Source: Bacteroidales bacterium
GTDB lineage: Bacteria > Bacteroidota > Bacteroidia > Bacteroidales > VadinHA17
DNA length: 64,000 nt
Assembly (NCBI GenBank): GCA_018056245.1
Contig: JAGPFZ010000001.1
Coordinates: 5,038-69,037, forward strand
Reading direction: 5' to 3'
In this document: piece by piece, positions 57,071-64,000 of the stretch
How positions within the stretch are numbered: the first letter of the stretch is position 1
Layout: each line of letters starts with the position of its first letter
Notes under the pieces: generated by a model
Told to the model about the DNA's origin: nothing
The model's database searches: none
What the model saw: only the letters and a program-made list of their open reading frames with translations
Program-made: the position numbers and the translations under genes

Positions 57071-58759
57071 CTAATACCCTGCTGCCTGTCCGTCTTTCCT
57101 TGATTCGGAAGCTCCGTACCATACTTTGTTTTTTTCATCCCACATTATTGCCTGGTAACCACCGTAGCCTCCAAGGTTCCATTGTATCGTATGTCCTTGC
57201 TCCAGAAGTTTCCTTATTTCTTCCCATCTGAAACCACTCTCAAGCTGAAGAATACCACCGTCGTTCATTTGTTCTCCTGTAGGCTCTGAAGAGTTTGTAT
57301 GATACATTCGTGGGGCATCACCTGCTTCCTGAAGATTCATTTTAAAATCTATAATATTTACGATAATCTGAACATGCCCCTGTGGCTGCATGTCGCCGCC
57401 CATCACGCCGAAGCTTATCCATGGCTTCTGGTCTTTTGTTATGAAAGCAGGAATTATTGTATGGAAGGGTCTTTTCCCCGGAGCATAACAATTAGGGTGA
57501 CCTTCTTCGAGAGTGAACATCTCGCCGCGGTTCTGTAATACAAAGCCAAGGCCGGTAGGGCACATACCCGATCCCATGCCACGGTAATTACTTTGTATTA
57601 ATGATATCATATTGCCGTATTTATCGGCTACGGTTAGATAGACTGTGTTTCCTCCTTCAAATTTCCCCGGCGTATATACTTTTGCCGCCTTGTTGATATT
57701 GATAAGTTTTCTTCTTTCAGCTGCATACTTTTTTGAAATAAGTTGATTCACAGATATTTTTACAAAGGATGGGTCAGCATAATATCTTGCTCTGTCTTCG
57801 AATGCCAGTTTTTTTGCTTCTGTAAAAAGGTGCATGTATTCTGCGGAACCGAAGCCCATCGAAGCGAGATCATATCCTTCGAGTATATTAAGCATCTGCA
57901 ATGTGGCAATACCCTGGGTGTTTGGAGGTAGCTCCCATACTTCATAGCCTCTATAAGTGGTACTGACTGGTTCGACCCATTCGGAATGATGCCGGGCCAT
58001 ATCGTCGTAAGAGAGGAACCCTCCCTGCTGTTTCATAAATGCGTCTATTGCTTTTGCTATGCTTCCTCTGTAAAATTCGTTACGACCTCCTTTTGCTATT
58101 TTATCCAGTGTATTTGCCAGAAGAGGATTTCTGAATATCTCGCCTTTTCCAGGAGATTTTCCACCAGGCATATATACTTCTTTTATGTTAGGAAAATTTT
58201 TCAAAAGTTCTGTGTTTTGTTTTAATTGCCATGCAATTATTTCAGTAACAGGGAAACCTTCTCTGGCATAATTTATTGCAGGCTGAAGTATATCGCTCAT
58301 CGGAAGTTTGCCGAACATATCATGAATTTCGAACCATCCGTCAACACACCCCGGTATTGATACAGGCAAAGGACCGTAAGAAGGGATTCTTTCTATATTG
58401 TTTTCCTTGAAATATTCCAGTTTAAGAAATCTTGGCGAGCGTCCTGATGCATTGAGTCCATATAGTTTTCCGCGGTCGGCACTCCATATAATAGCAAAAA
58501 GATCGCCACCTATTCCGCATCCGGTGGGCTCAACAAGACCAAGCACAGCGTTGGCAGCAATGGCAGCATCGAAAGCATTTCCACCTCTTTTGAGAATATC
58601 GAGTGCAACCTGAGTGGCAAGCGGATGACTTGTTGCAGCCATGCCGTTCCGTGCTATGACTTCTGACCGTGTTGCAAATTCCCTTCCCGTAACCCGGTCC
58701 TGACTGAAGATTGTTACTGGTATAACTAAAAGAAATATTATCGAACAGATTTTTTTCAT
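57071..58759 (-). CDS. ggt: gamma-glutamyltransferase
   Basis: Signal peptide, GGNAFDAA, GIGGD, nucleophile context GGNTVYLTVAD, GGDMQPQ. 562 aa. Confidence 0.9.
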   Translation of the reverse strand: MKKICSIIFLLVIPVTIFSQDRVTGREFATRSEVIARNGMAATSHPLATQVALDILKRGGNAFDAAIAANAVLGLVEPTGCGIGGDLFAIIWSADRGKLYGLNASGRSPRFLKLEYFKENNIERIPSYGPLPVSIPGCVDGWFEIHDMFGKLPMSDILQPAINYAREGFPVTEIIAWQLKQNTELLKNFPNIKEVYMPGGKSPGKGEIFRNPLLANTLDKIAKGGRNEFYRGSIAKAIDAFMKQQGGFLSYDDMARHHSEWVEPVSTTYRGYEVWELPPNTQGIATLQMLNILEGYDLASMGFGSAEYMHLFTEAKKLAFEDRARYYADPSFVKISVNQLISKKYAAERRKLININKAAKVYTPGKFEGGNTVYLTVADKYGNMISLIQSNYRGMGSGMCPTGLGFVLQNRGEMFTLEEGHPNCYAPGKRPFHTIIPAFITKDQKPWISFGVMGGDMQPQGHVQIIVNIIDFKMNLQEAGDAPRMYHTNSSEPTGEQMNDGGILQLESGFRWEEIRKLLEQGHTIQWNLGGYGGYQAIMWDEKNKVWYGASESRKDGQAAGY

Positions 58760-58867
58760 TTTTGAGTTTTTACAAAGTTATAAAATACAGATCATTTTCT
58801 TCTCTTCCCTTGTCAATTTTGAGGTAATAAGAAAAAATTAATTCGTCAAAATAGAGTCAGACTTTTT

Positions 58868-59398
58868 TCAAATCAGTTCCGGTTTATTCATATTTTCTAA
58901 CCTTTTATTGGCTTCGAGACATTTTTCGAAAAGTCTTGTTGTGGCAATAGCATCACCTGCCGCTCTATGACGTTCATTTATTTCGATTCCAAGCTCGTGG
59001 CATATATTTCCCAGACTATAAGAACGATAACCGGGGAAAAGCTTCCGACTAAGAGCTACGGTATCCAGCAGTCTGCGATTGAAATTATAGCCAAGTGATT
59101 TAAACTCCTCGCGAAGAAAAGAATAATCGAACCTGACGTTATGTGCGACAATAGTCTTTCCTTCGGTAAGTTCAACAATAGTTCGGGCAATCTCGTAAAA
59201 TTTCGGCGCATTTTCAACCATTTCATTCGTTATGCCTGTAATGCAGGTAATGAAATAAGGGATGTTTCTTTCGGGATTGACAAGAGTTACGAATTCGTCC
59301 GTAATTTTTTCACCATCGTGCAATAGTATTGCAATTTCGGTTATTTTTTCCTCTGAAGCTGTTTTACCTGTGGTTTCAATATCAATAATTGCATACAT
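58868..59398 (-). CDS. DEDDh 3'-5' exonuclease (DnaQ/epsilon-like stand-alone domain)
   Basis: Exo I AIIDIETTG, Exo II AHNVRFDYSFL, Exo III HRAAGDA. 176 aa. Confidence 0.8.
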   Translation of the reverse strand: MYAIIDIETTGKTASEEKITEIAILLHDGEKITDEFVTLVNPERNIPYFITCITGITNEMVENAPKFYEIARTIVELTEGKTIVAHNVRFDYSFLREEFKSLGYNFNRRLLDTVALSRKLFPGYRSYSLGNICHELGIEINERHRAAGDAIATTRLFEKCLEANKRLENMNKPELI

Positions 59399-59493
59399 TT
59401 CATGAATAAAGTAGTTTAAAAGGATACTAAATAAATGAATAAAATTAACAATTGATTGTTATTATTTTTGTTGTCAAAATTAAATTAAATTAA

Positions 59494-60315
59494 ATGAACG
59501 AATGCTACGGGAATTATTTTATTCATAACGGCATTGTCAAGCCTGCCTCATTATTTGATAATTCAATGGTTTATGAGGGAGAAGCGGTTTATGAAGTACT
59601 CAGAATGAAAAAAGGACTTCCATATTTTTTTGAAGATCATATTCAACGACTCGAAAACAGCACTAGGCTTCAGAAAAAAAATATGCTTGCAACCATAGAT
59701 CAGATAAGAGATGATATAATAAAGCTTTCCCAGCTTGAAAAAGTAAAAGAAGTAAACCTTAAAATTGTTTTCAATTATAGCGAACCCTCAGGAAATTATT
59801 TCCTTTATTACATCGAACCTGTTTACCCGACTTCCGAACAGTACAGTAATGGAGTGAAGGGTATATTCTTTTTTGCCGAACGCATTAATCCTGAATCGAA
59901 AGTTATTAATCACAAATTACGTTCGGAAATATATCATAAGCTTATTGTTGAAAAAGCCTATGAAGCATTGCTTGTCAACAAGGAAGGACTTATTACAGAG
60001 GGAAGCAGATCAAATATATTCTTCATAAAAGGAGATGAACTTTTTACGGCACCTGATAAATTTGTTCTGGCGGGCATAACCAGAAAATATATTCTTGAAA
60101 TATGCAATGATTTTAATATCAGTGTAATACATGAATGTGTGAAGCTTTCGGAAGTGAGTAATTATGAATCGGTTTTCATGACCGGCACTTCGCCGATTGT
60201 GCTTCCTTTCAATATAATTGATAATATACCTTTTAATGTAAATCATTACTTAATGTCTTTTTTGAGGAACATTTATCTTGAAAGAGCCGAGAAAAGTCTG
60301 GAATATTTTATGTAG
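59494..60315 (+). CDS. class IV (fold type IV) PLP aminotransferase / aminodeoxychorismate lyase-like protein
   Basis: YEGEAVYEVLRM, EGSRSNIFF, LAGITR, VFMTGTS motifs. 273 aa. Confidence 0.75.
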   Translation: MNECYGNYFIHNGIVKPASLFDNSMVYEGEAVYEVLRMKKGLPYFFEDHIQRLENSTRLQKKNMLATIDQIRDDIIKLSQLEKVKEVNLKIVFNYSEPSGNYFLYYIEPVYPTSEQYSNGVKGIFFFAERINPESKVINHKLRSEIYHKLIVEKAYEALLVNKEGLITEGSRSNIFFIKGDELFTAPDKFVLAGITRKYILEICNDFNISVIHECVKLSEVSNYESVFMTGTSPIVLPFNIIDNIPFNVNHYLMSFLRNIYLERAEKSLEYFM

Positions 60316-60415
60316 GCAATAGGCAAAAGACTGAATGCAGAAACGTAAAACGTAAATGATTTTATCCTGTATTGATTTTTTAAGTTACCTTTGAAAGCAA
60401 TTAATTGAAGTTATT

Positions 60416-60715
60416 ATGGCAAGCATAAAAAATCTCAAGAAAGATATTGATAAACAAATTTTCGAAGTAGTTTCTGATTGTTTATTATTTCTGAGCATAC
60501 ATCCTGAACAAGATGCAGAAGAAGTAAGTTCAATTATTCACGAGGCCATTGCGCTTCGCAATAATCTGTTCGAGAGAGTTAATAACTATAATAAGGAGGA
60601 TGCCCCCGGTGAAATTAAAAAACATTTCAGGTCAATAGAAAGCGACCTTTATAATGGGATTGATATGTTGTGCACTAAGCTGAGCAAGATCAGCGAGAGG
60701 AAGAAAAAGGAATAA
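60416..60715 (+). CDS. hypothetical helical protein (99 aa)
   Basis: Clean ORF with a charged helical composition. Its 3' end overlaps the convergent radical SAM gene by 26 bp. Confidence 0.4.
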   Translation: MASIKNLKKDIDKQIFEVVSDCLLFLSIHPEQDAEEVSSIIHEAIALRNNLFERVNNYNKEDAPGEIKKHFRSIESDLYNGIDMLCTKLSKISERKKKE

Positions 60716-61694
60716 AATACTTATATATTTCTTTACCGCAGACTGAGCAAAGCCCGTTTTTAGTTCCTGAATTAGTGATATAATAACCTTCTCTTTTTGT
60801 TATTAAATTATTGCATTGAGGACAGTAAGTATTCTGCCCTGTTATATTTACGGCATTTCCTATATAAACATAACTTAGATGTTTATGGGCTATTTCATAA
60901 AGACGGACTAAAGTACTTGCCGGTGTTGGTGGGTCATCTCTTTTATACATTGGAAAGTATCTGCTTAGATGGAGTGGTACTTCCCGACCTAATTCTCCGG
61001 CTATCCATTCAGCTTCACTTTCCATTTCTTTGTCACTGTCGTTTCTGCCCGGAATAATAAGGGTTGTAATTTCAAGATGTCTGCCTGAACGGGCAATCAT
61101 TTTAAGTGATTCTTTTACAGGTTCGAGTGAGGCTCCTGTAAGCTTTTTATAGAAATCGTTGTTGAAGGCTTTCAAGTCTACATTGAATGCATCAATAAAT
61201 TTAATGTATTCATTCATAGCCTCAGATGAAACAAATCCGTTTGTTACCATCACTGTATTTTGTCCGGCTTCTTTTATTTTCAGAGCCACGTCTTTAACAT
61301 ATTCATACCATATCACCGGTTCATTATAAGTGAAAGCAACTCCTATGTTTCTATAGGATGAGAGAGAATATTTCAGTATTTCATCAGGAGTCATATATCT
61401 TGCATTTGGTGGAATAGAGCTCTGCGAAATATTATAATTCTGGCAGAAATCGCAGCGCATATTACAGCCGAATGATCCGATAGAGAATATATTCATACCC
61501 GGATAATAATGATATAACGGCTTCTTTTCTATAGGATCGAGTGCAAAACCCGAAATAATGCCATAAGTAAGAAGTTCAATCTTGCCTCCCGAGTTTTTTC
61601 TTACGCCGCAAATACCAGTTTTCCCTTCGGAAAGTTTACAATTGTGCGGGCATAAATAACATTCTGTCTTTTCGCCTGACTTTCTCTGAAACAT
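60690..61694 (-). CDS. AmmeMemoRadiSam-system-type radical SAM enzyme (PflA-like)
   Basis: N-terminal Cys cluster CYLCPHNCKL..G..GICGVR, radical SAM CNMRCDFCQN, C-terminal zinc-ribbon CPQC...CSVCG. 334 aa. Confidence 0.7.
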   Translation of the reverse strand: MFQRKSGEKTECYLCPHNCKLSEGKTGICGVRKNSGGKIELLTYGIISGFALDPIEKKPLYHYYPGMNIFSIGSFGCNMRCDFCQNYNISQSSIPPNARYMTPDEILKYSLSSYRNIGVAFTYNEPVIWYEYVKDVALKIKEAGQNTVMVTNGFVSSEAMNEYIKFIDAFNVDLKAFNNDFYKKLTGASLEPVKESLKMIARSGRHLEITTLIIPGRNDSDKEMESEAEWIAGELGREVPLHLSRYFPMYKRDDPPTPASTLVRLYEIAHKHLSYVYIGNAVNITGQNTYCPQCNNLITKREGYYITNSGTKNGLCSVCGKEIYKYFIPFSSSR

Positions 61695-61790
61695 TTGTAA
61701 AAATTTTATAAAACAAAATTAATCTCTTTATAGATTTAAACTTTAACTTTATTGAATTAAATAAACAATGTTTAACTATAATATTTAAAT

Positions 61791-63047
61791 GTGAAAAGAA
61801 ATCATTTTTTCAGCTTTTTCGCCTCAGGTTTGCTGATAGTTACGTTTAATCCGGTTTCCTTGTCGCAAAATCTGAATGGTTGGCAAGCTTCTCCTGAGGT
61901 TGTGGAAAAACTTTCGAAAGAAAGAACTGATGTTAATTATTATGAAGAGAAGGTCCCAACTTATATACTTCCCGATCCTCTTGAAACATTATCAGGTGAA
62001 AGAATACGAAACAAACGTGAATGGCTAAAATATCGCAGGCCCGAAATTCTTGAGATGTTCAAGACCTATGTTTATGGAAGAGCTCCTCGTACACCGTATA
62101 CCATTTCGTTTAAAACGGTCAACGAGAATAAAGCTGCTATAGACGGGAATGCGACTCTTAAGCAGGTGGATATTAATATCGGAGCTTCAGGTAAATCGCT
62201 TGTAATACATCTATCATTATTTACTCCGAACACAGGCAAACCCGCCCCGGTTTTTCTTCTTATATGTAACAGATCGCTTGATAATATTGATCCCACACGA
62301 AATAAGAAGAGTGAATTCTGGCCTGTTGAGGAAGCAATTATGCGTGGTTATGGGATGGCTGCTTTTTATAATGCTGATGTTGACCCTGATAATTATGATG
62401 AGTTTAAAAATGGGATTCATGGACTTCTTGATATAGAACCAAGAAAACCGGATTCATGGGGTACTCTTGCCGCATGGGCATGGGGTGCATCGAGATGTGT
62501 TGATTATCTGGTCACAGATAAGAATGTTGATAAGAAGAGAATTGCCGTTGTCGGCCATTCCCGTGGTGGCAAAACGGCTCTATGGGCAGGAGCATGTGAT
62601 GAGAGGTTTTCTTTAGTAATTCCGAATGAATCAGGTTGTGGAGGTTCGGCCCTTGCAAGAAGAAGATATGGTGAGACGATTGAAAAGATAAATACATCTT
62701 TCCCCCATTGGTTCTGTCTGAACTATCGTATGTTCAACAATAATGAAGATAAAATGCCTGTTGATATGCACATGCTGATGGCACTTATTGCACCCAGGGC
62801 ACTCTATGTTGCTGCAGCCTCCGACGACCTGTGGGGCGATCCTAAAGGCTCATATGTCTCCTTATATCATTCTCTCCCTGTTTATCGCCTTTTTTATCCC
62901 GACATGACACTAGAAAACTTTGTTCCGCCTTTAAATACTCAGGTAATAAGCGGTAAAATAGGATTTCATATACGCGATGGTGAACATAATCTGATACTTA
63001 CCGACTGGAACTTTTTTATGGATTTCGCCGATAAAGTCTGGAAATAA
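61791..63047 (+). CDS. alpha/beta hydrolase resembling CE15 glucuronoyl esterase
   Basis: GTG start, signal peptide, nucleophile elbow VVGHSRGGKTAL, ESGCGGSALARRR, C-terminal HIRDGEHNL..DW. 418 aa. Confidence 0.6.
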   Translation: MKRNHFFSFFASGLLIVTFNPVSLSQNLNGWQASPEVVEKLSKERTDVNYYEEKVPTYILPDPLETLSGERIRNKREWLKYRRPEILEMFKTYVYGRAPRTPYTISFKTVNENKAAIDGNATLKQVDINIGASGKSLVIHLSLFTPNTGKPAPVFLLICNRSLDNIDPTRNKKSEFWPVEEAIMRGYGMAAFYNADVDPDNYDEFKNGIHGLLDIEPRKPDSWGTLAAWAWGASRCVDYLVTDKNVDKKRIAVVGHSRGGKTALWAGACDERFSLVIPNESGCGGSALARRRYGETIEKINTSFPHWFCLNYRMFNNNEDKMPVDMHMLMALIAPRALYVAAASDDLWGDPKGSYVSLYHSLPVYRLFYPDMTLENFVPPLNTQVISGKIGFHIRDGEHNLILTDWNFFMDFADKVWK

Positions 63048-63057
63048 AAGAACCTTT

Positions 63058-63531
63058 TTATAGTTCTTTCTGATATTCCGATAAAATATTGTTAGAATCG
63101 GCAAATTGAAGAAGTTCCTCCTTAATCGTCTCGTTTTTCTCTGCATCTGAAATCCCGAAACGGGTAGTAATTTTTTTTGAATTTTTAAGTTTTATGACAA
63201 ACTTAAGGGGATATATTGTAATTTTTTCAATATCTGAGACTTTAATTTCTCTAACAGGCAGAAAGGAATTATTTTTCACTCTCATTTTTTCTTTAGAGAA
63301 CTCAATATAAGTGTATCCATAACCGAAAGCTGTCACAATCATATATACTCCGAAACAAGTCAGGAAGATAATTACAATCCATATTGACAACCCTGTGCCT
63401 GAGGTCTTCAGGTTACGAATAAGCCAGTAACCTGCAATTATTATACAAAATAATCCAAGTAAAAGGCGAAAAATTTTTGTAATTATATTATCATTATGGA
63501 TTTCGAGCGAAAAAAATCTTCTTTCCATCAT
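63058..63531 (-). CDS. hypothetical membrane protein (2 TM plus small cytoplasmic beta domain)
   Basis: Two hydrophobic helices (LLLGLFCIIIAGYWLI and IWIVIIFLTCFGVYMIVTAF). 157 aa. Confidence 0.5.
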   Translation of the reverse strand: MMERRFFSLEIHNDNIITKIFRLLLGLFCIIIAGYWLIRNLKTSGTGLSIWIVIIFLTCFGVYMIVTAFGYGYTYIEFSKEKMRVKNNSFLPVREIKVSDIEKITIYPLKFVIKLKNSKKITTRFGISDAEKNETIKEELLQFADSNNILSEYQKEL

Positions 63532-63686
63532 TCTGTTTTTTTATTTATTTCTAATTTTTAAGAAACAAAATATAAATGTTCATTTAAATTGACAAATTTA
63601 TTATCGGAATTTTTTAATATTAGTCAAATTATTACTTTTACATGTTAATTTATAGATTATTTAAATAATCTTAAAAATATTCGATT

Positions 63687-64000
63687 ATGAAAAACAAAAC
63701 CAACAAAATGTCCCGCAGGTCATTTATTGGTACATCCGGTGCTGTTGCTGCAGGGTTTACTCTTCTTCCGAACTCAGTGATTAGTGGGCTGGGTCATAGG
63801 GCTCCGAGTGACAAGCTAAATATTGCATGTGTGGGGATAGGAGGGATGGGTAACTCAAACCTCAGGGCTGTGGCTCCTACCGAGAATATTGTTGCTTTAT
63901 GCGATGTTGACTGGGCTTATTCGAAAAAAGTATTCGAAAGTTATCCCAATGCCAAAGCTTATTGGGATTGGCGTAAGATGTTCGATGAGATGGGCAAATC
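63687..64000 (+). CDS. Tat-signal Gfo/Idh/MocA family oxidoreductase, N-terminal part (3' end outside window)
   Basis: My own translation: MKNKTNKMSRRSFIGTSGAVAAGFTLLP...KLNIACVGIGGMGNSNL...VALCDVD. Twin-arginine motif plus Rossmann GxGxxG. Absent from the ORF track because no stop codon falls in the window. Confidence 0.75.
   Translation, partial: MKNKTNKMSRRSFIGTSGAVAAGFTLLPNSVISGLGHRAPSDKLNIACVGIGGMGNSNLRAVAPTENIVALCDVDWAYSKKVFESYPNAKAYWDWRKMFDEMGK

Noticed and set aside
1-64000. Search by eye for CRISPR arrays, tRNA/rRNA genes, transposases, toxin-antitoxin pairs and known defence-system genes
   Set aside because: No repeat-spacer periodicity of 25-40 nt was found; the tandem arrays have 5-8 nt units and no spacers. 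There are no GGTTCGAATCC-type T-arm contexts outside coding regions. No nuclease, helicase or methylase modules typical of defence islands were seen. Proper tools (tRNAscan-SE, Infernal, a CRISPR finder) should confirm this.

Overview
AT-rich Bacteroidota-type chromosomal segment. Taxon clues are a T9SS C-terminal sorting domain, a BT_3928/DoxX-type protein, CarboxypepD_reg and OmpA/TPR proteins, and Tat-signal GH109-like oxidoreductases. It is densely packed with about 57 protein genes, mostly core housekeeping: rpsA 3' end, rnz, guaA, clpB, gcvT, serC, yggS, uvrA, rsmE, tpiA, tmk-like, folP, cdaA, ssb, cls, mltG, murB, ggt. I found no rRNA, tRNA, CRISPR array, transposase, integrase or recognisable defence gene by eye. 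Six things are not explained by routine annotation. (1) The first 13 kb is rich in small partner-switching/phosphorelay proteins: two STAS proteins, a SiaB-like kinase plus SiaC-like phosphoprotein with a conserved Thr68, and an Hpt-STAS operon. No PP2C phosphatase, GGDEF protein or nearby sigma factor accompanies them. (2) A 1023-aa ABCG-like transporter with extra N- and C-terminal modules lies convergent to the SiaB/C pair. (3) A 1492-aa secreted protein of unknown function sits in a housekeeping gene string. (4) An ankyrin-repeat protein is fused to a probable beta-barrel. (5) Short heptamer/octamer/pentamer tandem arrays occupy many intergenic spacers, and two run into start codons. (6) A 129-nt cytosine-free polypurine tract lies in the tmk-like/folP divergent promoter. 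All functional calls come from motif recognition by eye. No database search was run.
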